Assembly (NCBI GenBank): GCA_002497285.1
Contig: DANJ01000014.1
Location: forward strand, 34,089-98,088
Direction of reading: 5' to 3'
Length of the DNA stretch: 64,000 nucleotides
Source of the DNA: Candidatus Pacearchaeota archaeon UBA92
Lineage (GTDB): Archaea; Nanobdellota; Nanobdellia; Pacearchaeales; GW2011-AR1
The position numbers were made by a program, and so were the translations under genes. Of the stretch, positions 18,389 to 27,827 are shown one piece after another. Numbering within the stretch: the first letter of the stretch is position 1; every line of letters begins with the position of its first letter. The notes beneath the pieces are model-generated. The model was given only the letters and a program-made list of their open reading frames with translations, ran no database searches and was not told the origin of the DNA.

Positions 18389-21313
18389 ATGGCTCTTAAA
18401 CTAAAATTCGACAGCGATTTACGACACCAAAATGATGCAATTAGTTCTATAGTTGATTTATTTGATGGTCAGCCATTAAATCAAGGAGATTTTGAAGTCT
18501 ATATGGCAAAGAAGAAGGGTGAGCTCCATAGTCATTTGGGATTGGGAAATAAAATTCTATTAGATGAAAAAGATATTTTAGAAAATTTGAAAAAGATACA
18601 AGAAAAAAATGAACTTCCACTTTCGGATAATTTAGATGGGCTTAATTTTTCTATTGAAATGGAAACAGGAACTGGAAAAACTTATGTTTATTTAAGAACG
18701 ATATTTGAATTAAACAAAAAATATGGTTTCAAGAAGTTTATTGTTGTAGTTCCAAGTGTTGCGATTAGGGAGGGAGTTAAGAAAAATATTGAAATTACAG
18801 AAGAACACTTCAAAAAGTTATATAATAATGTTCCATTCAAATGTCAGGTCTATGATTCTAAAAAAATAAATCAAGTTGGGGAGTTTGCAAGAAGTAATAA
18901 CATTCAGGTTCTAATTATCAATATTGATGCATTTAGGAAGACATTAGAAGATAAAGATGAACTCTCAAAGGCAAATGTTATTCATAGAGAACAAGATAAA
19001 CTCGGTGGTAGAAAACCAATTGAGTTCATTCAAGCAACAAAACCGATCGTAATTATAGATGAACCTCAAAGCGTAGACAATACAGATCTAGCTAAAAAAG
19101 CAATTTCTTTATTAAACCCTTCCTGCATATTAAGGTATTCTGCTACGCATAGAGAACAATATAATTTAGTTTACAAATTAGATCCTATAAAAGCGTATGA
19201 TTTGAAATTAGTTAAAAAAATAGAGGTGGCTTCTTTAACCGAAGACTTATCTGCAAATGAACCATACATCAAGTTAGAAAAAATGGATAATTCAAAGGGT
19301 CTCAGAACAAAAATATCTATTCTACAAAAAGGCTCTTCGGGAACAAATAAGAAAAGCTTGTTTGCAAAACAAGGCGAAGATTTGTATGATCTCTCTGGTG
19401 AGTTGGAAATTTACAGAGGATATATTATATCTGACATAGATGCTACCCCTAAAAATGAATTATTGACTTTCAGCAATGGCAAGTTTTTAACATTGGGTCA
19501 AGAAATGGGTGGAATAAAAGAAGAATTGATAAAACAACAAATTAAAGAGACTATTAAAGAACATCTTAAAAAAGAAGCTAAATTTAAGAAACTCGGTATA
19601 AAGGTTCTTTCTCTATTCTTTATTGATAGAGTTAATAATTATAGATATTATGATGAAAAGAATAAGGCACAAAAAGGAAAATATGCTCAATGGTTTGAAG
19701 AGTCATTTAAAGAGTTATTAAAAGAATCTTACTTTAAGTTTATTATAGATCAAGTTTATCCAGGATTTTCAGAAGAGTCCATTGAAAGGCTACATAACGG
19801 ATATTTTGCACAAGATAAAAGTGGAAATTGGAAAGATACAAATGGACAAACTCAAGCTGATGACGATATCTATGGGCTTATTATGAGAAACAAAGAGCAA
19901 TTATTGTCTATGGACGAACCATTGAGATTTATATTTAGCCACTCTGCTTTAAGAGAGGGTTGGGATAATCCTAATGTTTTTCAAATATGCACATTAAATG
20001 AGACTAAATCTACTATGAAAAAAAGACAAGAAATTGGACGAGGGTTAAGACTCCCCGTAAATCAAAAAGGAGAAAGAATTTATGATGATGAAATCAACAG
20101 ATTAACTGTCTTTGCTAATGAAAGCTATGAAGATTTTGTTAAGAAGTTACAAGAAGATTTTGAAGAAGACGGTATGAAATTTGGTATTGTTGACGAGATT
20201 ATATTTAGAAAAGTAAGGGAACTTATTGCTGGAGAGAAATTTATTCCTTCGGAAAAAGCCAAAGAGATTTTTATCGAATTAAAAGATAAAGGATACATAA
20301 ACAAAGATGGAAAGATTGAAGAGAAATTTGCCCCTGAAAAAGAAGGATTCAAATTGGAGCTTAAAGAGTCATTAGTCAAATATTCTCCGCAGATAACTGA
20401 TTTATTGAAGAAACAATTATTAACTAGTAGAGTTAAGAGAAAAAGAGATAGACAACCTGTAAAACTAAAGAAAGAAGTTATAGCTAGTCCAGAATTTAAA
20501 GCTCTTTGGCAAAAAATAAATAAGAAAACATTCTATTCAGTAGAATTTTCTACTAAAAAGCTTATAGACAATTGTTCAATCCTAATAAGACAAATTGATA
20601 AAATAAGACCATTGAAAATTGATTTTAAGAAAGCTGAAGTTGAATTAGAAAAGGAAGGACTAGACACAACCCTTTTAAGAACTCAAGAAATTGAAGTTAT
20701 GAAAGAGAACTCTCTTCCAGATATCTTATCTTATCTACAGAGAGAAACACATTTAACTAGAGACACGATAGCAGAAATTCTAATAAAATCAAATAGGATT
20801 GAAGAGTTTAAAATAAATCCTCAAAGATTCATGGATGCTATAATTGAAGTTGTCAAAAAAGAATTATTGAGCTTATTGCTATCGGGAATAAAATATGAAA
20901 GAATAGGCAATGAAGTTTATGAGATTCAAATATTTCAAGAAAAAGAAATTGAAGAATATTTAGATAAAATGATAGAAGTCAATAATAGCGTTTATGATTA
21001 TGTTGTTTATGATTCCGAAGTAGAGAAGAAGTTTGCTAAAGAACTTGACAAAAGAGAAGATGTAGAATTATTCATGAAACTTCCTCCAAAGTTCATTGTA
21101 AATACACCATTAGGATCTTATAATCCAGATTGGGCTGTTGTAAAAAAGGATGAAAAGGGAGCTAAAAAATTATATCTTGTAAGAGAAACAAAAGGTTCGC
21201 TTTCTGAAGAAGACCTTAGAGGTAGAGAAGCATATAAGATAGAATGTGGAAGAAGACATTTTAAGGCAATTGACGTTGACTTTGATGTTGTGACTAGTGC
21301 CAGCGAGGTTTAA
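18389..21313 (+). CDS. res: type III restriction enzyme Res subunit (SF2 helicase plus C-terminal PD-(D/E)xK endonuclease)
   Basis: Walker A EMETGTGKTYVY, DEAD-like IIDEPQ, helicase motif VI region QEIGRGLRL, C-terminal nuclease motif YNPDWAVV...LYLVRETKG. GGAG SD-like sequence 8 nt upstream. Confidence 0.85.
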   Translation: MALKLKFDSDLRHQNDAISSIVDLFDGQPLNQGDFEVYMAKKKGELHSHLGLGNKILLDEKDILENLKKIQEKNELPLSDNLDGLNFSIEMETGTGKTYVYLRTIFELNKKYGFKKFIVVVPSVAIREGVKKNIEITEEHFKKLYNNVPFKCQVYDSKKINQVGEFARSNNIQVLIINIDAFRKTLEDKDELSKANVIHREQDKLGGRKPIEFIQATKPIVIIDEPQSVDNTDLAKKAISLLNPSCILRYSATHREQYNLVYKLDPIKAYDLKLVKKIEVASLTEDLSANEPYIKLEKMDNSKGLRTKISILQKGSSGTNKKSLFAKQGEDLYDLSGELEIYRGYIISDIDATPKNELLTFSNGKFLTLGQEMGGIKEELIKQQIKETIKEHLKKEAKFKKLGIKVLSLFFIDRVNNYRYYDEKNKAQKGKYAQWFEESFKELLKESYFKFIIDQVYPGFSEESIERLHNGYFAQDKSGNWKDTNGQTQADDDIYGLIMRNKEQLLSMDEPLRFIFSHSALREGWDNPNVFQICTLNETKSTMKKRQEIGRGLRLPVNQKGERIYDDEINRLTVFANESYEDFVKKLQEDFEEDGMKFGIVDEIIFRKVRELIAGEKFIPSEKAKEIFIELKDKGYINKDGKIEEKFAPEKEGFKLELKESLVKYSPQITDLLKKQLLTSRVKRKRDRQPVKLKKEVIASPEFKALWQKINKKTFYSVEFSTKKLIDNCSILIRQIDKIRPLKIDFKKAEVELEKEGLDTTLLRTQEIEVMKENSLPDILSYLQRETHLTRDTIAEILIKSNRIEEFKINPQRFMDAIIEVVKKELLSLLLSGIKYERIGNEVYEIQIFQEKEIEEYLDKMIEVNNSVYDYVVYDSEVEKKFAKELDKREDVELFMKLPPKFIVNTPLGSYNPDWAVVKKDEKGAKKLYLVRETKGSLSEEDLRGREAYKIECGRRHFKAIDVDFDVVTSASEV

Positions 21314-22009
21314 ATGACACTAGCCCTAACTTTTCCAATAAGGGATGCATGGGTAGTTATTGCAGATAAAAAGATGATTAGTAAGGAGGATAATATTAAA
21401 GATAGCGATCTAATGTGCATAAAGTTTTTTACAGATAATAGACAAAAAATAGAAAAGATAGCTCATGGATTAATCTTTGTTGGTGCTGGAAATAAGGACA
21501 TATTAGATAAGACTATTGAGAGAATAAATCTTTCAAAAGACTTTGACGAGTTTTTGAAGTATTTAAAAGAAAAAATAGGTGAAGTATACTCTCATTTTGG
21601 TGATACTATAAATGAAGAGGAATTTTTGATTATTGAACAGAACAAACAAAGAGCTTTTAAGTTCAAGATTAAAGAAATAAAAAGAAGCGAGGGTAAAAAA
21701 GGCTGTTATCCTTTGATAGCCCAGAATCTTGAGAATAATTTCATTGGTTGTTATGAAAATTGCATAAATCTCGGGAATGTTAAATTAGAGATAAACCAAT
21801 TAAGAACTAATATTTCTACAAGTGCGGGCAAGAAATTTTATCAAGAGTGTAATAGAATTCTTTCGCTTCTCGCAATAGATAATCTATATTCAGTGGGACA
21901 TCCAGCAATACATGGATCAGACATCTGGTTAGTTTCAAATAATAAGATTAAAAAAGTTTACTCTTCGCCAGCAAATACATATCTATGGGAGGTTAAAGAA
22001 GATGATTAA
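21314..22009 (+). CDS. hypothetical protein of the defense operon; N-terminus resembles an Ntn-hydrolase (HslV/proteasome beta-like) fold
   Basis: MTLALTFPIRDAWVVIADKKMISKEDNIKDSD..IKFF..IAHGLIFVGAGNKDILD. Thr directly after Met1, Asp about 17 residues after it, Lys about 33-36, G-x-G-D further on. This copies the T1/D17/K33 spacing of HslV ([20 protein letters not shown]...KVRRL...IAGFAGGTAD). GAGG SD upstream. Start abuts the res stop. Confidence 0.3.
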   Translation: MTLALTFPIRDAWVVIADKKMISKEDNIKDSDLMCIKFFTDNRQKIEKIAHGLIFVGAGNKDILDKTIERINLSKDFDEFLKYLKEKIGEVYSHFGDTINEEEFLIIEQNKQRAFKFKIKEIKRSEGKKGCYPLIAQNLENNFIGCYENCINLGNVKLEINQLRTNISTSAGKKFYQECNRILSLLAIDNLYSVGHPAIHGSDIWLVSNNKIKKVYSSPANTYLWEVKEDD

Positions 22010-24185
22010 GGAATTTGAGGATATTCGATATAAATTTGAAGAACAAAAAGTAAGGTATACTTCTATTTCCAATAAATTTTCATTTGAAGATAAGAAAAAA
22101 ATAATAGAAACTATCTTGGAAGAGGATATCTGGGCATATTTTCAATTAGCAGTTGAAATATTATTTGAGTTTTGTTCTGATACTAAGGAATACATTAATC
22201 TGTTAGAAAGAACCTATAATAAAATAAAAAATGATATGGCATCTGCACCTTTCTTTGAGATGTTGATTAGAATCGGTAAGGAGAAGCCATCTATAGGTCT
22301 TGCAATTTATAAAGAAATAAATCAAAATAGCAATAGCGATGAGCTCAAAACAATAAGCGGTTTAATACTTGGGGGATATTCAATAAAAGAGAATAATCTT
22401 TTAAACAAGTTAATAGGAGAAAGAAAAATAGAATACCCTCTTACAAATCTGACTCTTAAGGCAATTCTGGTAAAATATGAAAATGAAAACGCTATTCCTG
22501 AAGAGGTAAAATCATTTATTGAATATGTCTCTAACTCTGAAGAGGAAAAACATTTGAGAGAACTTATGAATCTTTGTATTTTTTTATACAAATTAGATAA
22601 TAACTATTTTTATGATATAATTAAAAAGATAATGGAAAAGAAAAATAGTAGAGTAAATGAGATGATTTTTATTAGATGCAAAAGGCTAAACTTCTCAAGT
22701 AAACAGTTTATAGAATTAGCTGAGCTTACAAAAGATTGTGATGAACACGCTTTAAATGAACTGATGCATTCTTTTATTGATTATCCAGAGGAAGTTGAGA
22801 ATATATCAGAATTATTTATTTATTGGGTAAACAAGAACTTGGAGTTTAAAATTATAAATTTTGATTGGACATTAAAAGAATTGGCTAAAAAGAATAAGAA
22901 ATTCATAGAATACTTCATAGATAATTATAGCAAAATCCAGACTGAAAAGTTATCTTATTTTCATTTATTCCCAAGAATGTTTGAGAGATTAGCTTCTGAG
23001 GATATCTCTTTCGCCATAAAAATATTAATTATCAAGAAAGTATGGGAAAAGGACTTAAGACTATTCTTTGAATTGGTATCTAAAATTATAGGCGATATTT
23101 ATAAGTTGAGTGATAAAAACAAGGCATTTGATTTGTTCTTACCTCTTGCCAATGTAATTGAAAGCATCTCGGAGGGTTCAGATTTTGTAAATTATGACAA
23201 GGATAATTTTAATAAGATTATTCAAACAAAAAACTTTGATGAGTTAATCAATTATGTCAACTATTTGTTGGATGCTTTAAGGTTTCGTAAGAATAAATAT
23301 AACTTTGAAGAAATAGATAAGTCATTAGAAGAATTTAAAGAACTAAACTATGTTGTAAAAACTACTCTGGATAAAATAAAAAAAGAAAAGAGATACTCTC
23401 CATTATTCTGGCTAGGCGAACAAGAAAGAGATAAGGAGTTAAAGAAAGCATACCTAGAAGAATTAAACCAATATTTGAATTTAACCTCGGATATAGTGAA
23501 TGAAGAATGTTCTGAGAACAATAGGTCTTTGATTAATAATCTAAGTGATGAAAGTGGCTTTTTTGATGTCTTTAGTGAGGTGCTATTCATAAATAAATTT
23601 GTTGTTTTAAAGAGCAAGTATAGTTTAGTTATTGAACCAAAAATACCTAATAAGAGAGGTTATTCAGATTTATTAGTTCAGAATAAGCAAAGAAAGTTTT
23701 TCTTTGAGGTTAAAAATTCAAAAACAGATCGAAATTTAAGTTTAGATAACGGGGCAGTCTTAATAAAAAATAGGGTGGACAAGATAATTAAAGAAAAATC
23801 CAAGCAGTTCTTTGATGAAAAAACATTTAAGGAGATGGAAGATGGAAAAAGGACAGATCTCTACTTTATAGTAATTGATGCAGATAATTCAACTATCGAT
23901 GAATACATGATTGCCAATAGCTTTTTTGGAAGTTTAGCTTATCAGTTTTATAGAAATAATAAAACTGGGGAGACTACAGAACCCCAGTTAGTAAGGAATG
24001 ATGATGCAATAGCTAAGGATAAGAAAATTGTTAGCGGATTAATATATTTCAAAAAACAGTTAATCAATAAAGATGGAAAAATAAAATTTATTTTGGTAGG
24101 GGATATTATTGTAAATCCTTATGCAGTTAATCAACCAACAAAAGAAGAGGTTGAAGAGTTAAAGAAAATATTATTTAGTGCGTAA
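22002..24185 (+). CDS. large hypothetical protein (727 aa): N-terminal all-alpha repeat region plus C-terminal restriction-endonuclease-like (PD-(D/E)xK) motif
   Basis: C-terminal segment LVIEPKIPNKRGYSDLLVQNKQRKFFFEVKNSK (D-x11-E-x-K) then DLYFIVIDAD. GGAGG SD upstream. Start overlaps the previous stop (22002 vs 22009). Confidence 0.45.
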   Translation: MIKEFEDIRYKFEEQKVRYTSISNKFSFEDKKKIIETILEEDIWAYFQLAVEILFEFCSDTKEYINLLERTYNKIKNDMASAPFFEMLIRIGKEKPSIGLAIYKEINQNSNSDELKTISGLILGGYSIKENNLLNKLIGERKIEYPLTNLTLKAILVKYENENAIPEEVKSFIEYVSNSEEEKHLRELMNLCIFLYKLDNNYFYDIIKKIMEKKNSRVNEMIFIRCKRLNFSSKQFIELAELTKDCDEHALNELMHSFIDYPEEVENISELFIYWVNKNLEFKIINFDWTLKELAKKNKKFIEYFIDNYSKIQTEKLSYFHLFPRMFERLASEDISFAIKILIIKKVWEKDLRLFFELVSKIIGDIYKLSDKNKAFDLFLPLANVIESISEGSDFVNYDKDNFNKIIQTKNFDELINYVNYLLDALRFRKNKYNFEEIDKSLEEFKELNYVVKTTLDKIKKEKRYSPLFWLGEQERDKELKKAYLEELNQYLNLTSDIVNEECSENNRSLINNLSDESGFFDVFSEVLFINKFVVLKSKYSLVIEPKIPNKRGYSDLLVQNKQRKFFFEVKNSKTDRNLSLDNGAVLIKNRVDKIIKEKSKQFFDEKTFKEMEDGKRTDLYFIVIDADNSTIDEYMIANSFFGSLAYQFYRNNKTGETTEPQLVRNDDAIAKDKKIVSGLIYFKKQLINKDGKIKFILVGDIIVNPYAVNQPTKEEVEELKKILFSA

Positions 24186-24240
24186 AACGTCCGTTTTCTC
24201 CAGCCCCAGTTTTAACATCCTATCACGACGATTAGAATTC

Positions 24241-24705
24241 TTATTTTACATGGGGGGATTTTGGTCTGCCGAGCTTTTTGCCTTCCTGCCTTGCCCTTTC
24301 TAAGCCAGCCATAGTCCTTTCCCTGATAATATCCCTCTCAAATTGGGCAAATGACGAGAGAATGTTTATCATTAGCTTATTTGTTGGGTTATCATCTAAG
24401 ACTATATTCTCCTTTAGAGTTTTGAATTGAACATTATTTTGTTTAAGAAGTTCTAAGTCATTAATGAGTTCCTGCATGCTCCTTGCCCATCTGTCAAGTT
24501 TCCAAACTAAAATTAAATCCCATTTCTTTCTTAATGCATCTTGAAAAATATCGTTTTTTACAGGGCGAGTCTTTCTTGTTGACTCCTGTTCTTCAAATAT
24601 TTTATAATCATAGCCCATAGCTTTTGCATACTTTTCCAACTCTATCTTTTGATTCTCAGGATTCTGATCTATCTTTGAAGTTCTACAATATATCGCTACT
24701 TTCAT
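24241..24705 (-). mobile_element. serine recombinase (resolvase/invertase catalytic domain), C-terminal HTH missing and probably truncated
   Basis: MKVAIYCRTSKIDQNPENQ carries the catalytic Ser in the YxRxS context. Also ...DRWARS, LGRPK. 154 aa ending right after the GRPK linker, where the HTH would normally follow. Confidence 0.7.
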
Positions 24706-25164
24706 GTTTTCTTACCTTAGTTGGCTCTCTATGAATTTCACAAGGGCATTCAAAAGGATCAATCTTATATTTTTGTTTTAATTCTGTAACATACAACACT
24801 TCTCTTTCCCCTGCTCCGCCATTAACATGTCTATTCCAATAAAGATTGTTTACTAAAGAAATAATTGAGTTCTCTTGGGTTATCGATGCTATTTCATTTA
24901 ATTCTGTGCCCGCAAACCTGCCAAAAATATATTCATGGAAACCTTGTGCGACTTTTTTATTTAAACTTGTTAAAGATGAACATGCTCCTCCATCACCTTG
25001 ATAATTTCTATTCTTATCCCATGTTTTTTGCAGGCTTCTTCTATTGCAACTCTGCAAAAAACTTTCAGTTTTTCGCTTCTCATCATGCGATATCTGTACT
25101 TTGGTGTTATCTGAACATACTTCCTGTTTGCTCCGACAGAGCTCCCGCTATGTTTGTATTCCAT
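24683..25164 (-). pseudogene. tnpA: IS200/IS605-family Y1 transposase (tnpA) remnant split by a frameshift
   Basis: N-part ORF 24970..25164: KYVQITPKYRYRMMRSEKL...KVMEEHVHL (HuH motif). C-part in another frame, 24683..25057: ...EYIFGRFAGTELNE...LYWNRHVNGGAGEREVLYVTELKQ matches the tnpA C-terminus (Y-containing helix, GG...Y.E). The two frames overlap around 24970-25057. Confidence 0.6.
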
Positions 25165-25222
25165 TTTTTTACCTCCCGTTAAGTTTATTTAGTGAGAACC
25201 AGTTACAACTACAGGTTTGGTG

Positions 25223-25248
25223 CAGGGAGTAGCAACTTGCTCTCCCTG
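25223..25248. repeat. imperfect hairpin (cagggagtagcaa/ttgctctccctg), candidate IS200/IS605 subterminal LE hairpin
   Basis: 12-bp stem with one bulge, 60 nt upstream of the tnpA remnant start on the minus strand, in a locally GC-richer spacer. Confidence 0.3.
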
Positions 25249-25568
25249 TTTTATATTTATTTTAGTAGAAAAACATTACGGCGCCATTCATCTATGGGCT
25301 AAAGCCCACAGGGTTCTGGCACGTCTCTAAAAATCCACCTCTCATCTTCAAAACCTAAATGTCTCTAACGCTTATAAAATTTGCCTTTCGTTAACCTTTT
25401 TAAACAAACTTTCCTTTCAATAAAGCATGATAATCAGACAGCCAATCATATACAACACGAGTTATCTTGGAGATGTTAACTCTTTTTTATTAGCCTAATT
25501 AATTGAATAATGAAGAATATTTATACCTTTCTAGAAATAATTAAAAACATACTTTCTTTCTTAAAACT

Positions 25569-26003
25569 ATGAAAAAAGAGTGTATATTTTGTAAGATTAT
25601 AAAAGGAGAAATAGTTTCTTCAAAGGTTTATGAAGACAGGGATGTCTTGGCTTTTCTTGACATACAACCAGTAAACAATGGACATATACTTATTATTCCA
25701 AAAAAACATATTGAACTTATTATTGACTTGAATGACAGGATAGTAGAAAAAATGTTTAAAATAGCTAAAAAATTAAATCAAGCCTTGAGGAAGTCAGGGT
25801 TAAAATGCCAAGGTGTTAATTATTTCTTAGCTGATGGAGAAATAGCTATGCAAGAAGTTCCACATGTTCACTTACATGTCTTTCCACGATATAATGGAGA
25901 TGGTTTTGGTCTAAAGTTTCCAAAGAAATATTTTAAGTTGCCTTCTAGGAGATTATTAGATAATAGTGCTTCTAAAATAAGAACTAACTTGAAAAGAATC
26001 TAA
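25569..26003 (+). CDS. HIT-family (histidine triad) nucleotide hydrolase
   Basis: HVHLHVFPR histidine triad, NNGHILIIPKKH, 144 aa. Confidence 0.8.
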   Translation: MKKECIFCKIIKGEIVSSKVYEDRDVLAFLDIQPVNNGHILIIPKKHIELIIDLNDRIVEKMFKIAKKLNQALRKSGLKCQGVNYFLADGEIAMQEVPHVHLHVFPRYNGDGFGLKFPKKYFKLPSRRLLDNSASKIRTNLKRI

Positions 26004-26037
26004 GCTTTTCCTTAAGCAAAAGCTTTTAATGCATTAA

Positions 26038-27792
26038 TTGATTGTTTTCTGTATGAATGAACAAAGAATACGCCAGCCAATAATAACAGTAGTAGGTCAT
26101 GTAGACCATGGAAAAACATCCCTCTTGGATTGTTTTAGAGGTAGCTCTATTCAAACAGGCGAAGCAGGAGGCATTACACAGAAGATATCATTCACAAAAT
26201 ATCCGTACGAACAAATAATAAAATCATGCCCTCTAATAGAAAAGAGCAAGATAGACTTGAAAATTCCAGGATTTTTATTCATAGACACTCCTGGACACGC
26301 AGCATTTACAAACCTAAGAAAGAGGGGAGGTGCTTTAGCAGATATGGCAATCCTTGTTGTAGACATAAAAGAAGGAATTAAACCACAAACTGCAGAAGTC
26401 TTATCCATCTTAAAATCTAATAAAACTCCCTTTGTTATTGCATTAAACAAATTGGACACAATATCAGGATGGCAAAAAAAGTCAACAATCAAGGAATCAA
26501 TTGAATCACAAGCAATAAACGTTGAAGAAGAATTTAACACAGCCTTATTAACCTTTCAAGGCTCTTTGCAAAATCATGGATTTGATTCAGATTTATTCTA
26601 TCAAATGGAAGATTTTACAAAAAAAATAGCAATAGTGCCATGCTCCGCAAAAACAAAGCAGGGAATTCAGGAGTTATTGTTTGTCCTCTGCGGATTGTCT
26701 CAAAAGTTTCTGACAAAAAGTCTCCAGATTTCAAAAGAATCAAAAGGAGTTATATTAGAAGTAAAAAAAGACAAGGCAGTTGAACTGGCTGAAGCAATTC
26801 TTTATGACGGTCAATTAGAAGAAGGCGATGAAATAGCAGTTGCAACTCTTTCAGGAGACCCCTTAATAACAAAAATACGTTCAATACAGGAAATTCTACC
26901 CCTCTCTTCAAAATTCAAATCTGTAAAAAATGTAACTGCCGCAACCGGAATAAGACTACAATTCACACACAAAGAAGGCCTTGTTTCTGGAATGCCTTTC
27001 CAAAAGATACAAAATAATCTAAAGGAGATAAAAGAAACATTCAAAGAAGAAATAGCACAAGCAACAAAACCAGATAAACAGGGAATTATAATAAAGGCAG
27101 ATTCGTTAGGAAGTTTAGAAGCCCTTGTGACTCTGTTAAAACAATCGAACATCCAATTTGTAAAATCTGGAATAGGCTCCATAAACAAGGTAGATATAAT
27201 CAATGCAAAAGCCAATTTAGAAACAAATCCTTTAGACGCAATAATTGTCGGTTTTAATGTGAAAGCAGAAGAAGAACTAAATGCAGAAAACATCAAAGTA
27301 ATCACAGATGATATAGTTTACAAGTTAATAGAAAACTTAGAATTATGGAGAAAAAATAAACAATCCGAAATTGAGAAAGAAAGGCTAATGGAATTAGCAT
27401 TAATATGTAAGCTGGAAATCTTACCCCAATACCTCTTCCGTAATTCAAATCCTGCAATATTTGGGGTAAAAATTTTAGCTGGAAAGCTCAAAAATCATGT
27501 TAATTTAATAGATAATAATGACAACGTAATAGCCAGAGTAAAAGCAATTCAAGCAGACAAAAGTTCAGTCGAAGAAGCTTCAGAAGGCCAAGAAGTAGCC
27601 ATCTCCCTTCCAGGAACAAACTTTGAAAGACAAATAAAAAATACCAATGTCAAATTCCTTTATTCCCAACTGTCAGAATCACAATTCAAAAAATTTAAGG
27701 AAAATAGGGATTTATTGTCTCAATCAGAAATAAAAGCCTTGTCAGAGATAGCTGAAATAAAAAGAAGAAAAACAGAGAGCTGGGGTATCTGA
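26038..27792 (+). CDS. infB: translation initiation factor aIF5B (IF2 homolog); start may be Met at 26053
   Basis: G1 VVGHVDHGKTSLLD, G3 DTPGH, G4 NKLD, four-domain length 584 aa. Confidence 0.85.
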   Translation: MIVFCMNEQRIRQPIITVVGHVDHGKTSLLDCFRGSSIQTGEAGGITQKISFTKYPYEQIIKSCPLIEKSKIDLKIPGFLFIDTPGHAAFTNLRKRGGALADMAILVVDIKEGIKPQTAEVLSILKSNKTPFVIALNKLDTISGWQKKSTIKESIESQAINVEEEFNTALLTFQGSLQNHGFDSDLFYQMEDFTKKIAIVPCSAKTKQGIQELLFVLCGLSQKFLTKSLQISKESKGVILEVKKDKAVELAEAILYDGQLEEGDEIAVATLSGDPLITKIRSIQEILPLSSKFKSVKNVTAATGIRLQFTHKEGLVSGMPFQKIQNNLKEIKETFKEEIAQATKPDKQGIIIKADSLGSLEALVTLLKQSNIQFVKSGIGSINKVDIINAKANLETNPLDAIIVGFNVKAEEELNAENIKVITDDIVYKLIENLELWRKNKQSEIEKERLMELALICKLEILPQYLFRNSNPAIFGVKILAGKLKNHVNLIDNNDNVIARVKAIQADKSSVEEASEGQEVAISLPGTNFERQIKNTNVKFLYSQLSESQFKKFKENRDLLSQSEIKALSEIAEIKRRKTESWGI

Positions 27793-27827
27793 AAGATTTA
27801 AAAACCCTTCTTATCAAATAATCTAGT

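Noticed and set aside
25165-25568. Possible tRNA or integration target next to the IS remnant
   Set aside because: No cloverleaf could be built. No GTTCRANYC T-loop, and no acceptor-stem complementarity. The GC-richer hairpins are better explained as IS end structures.
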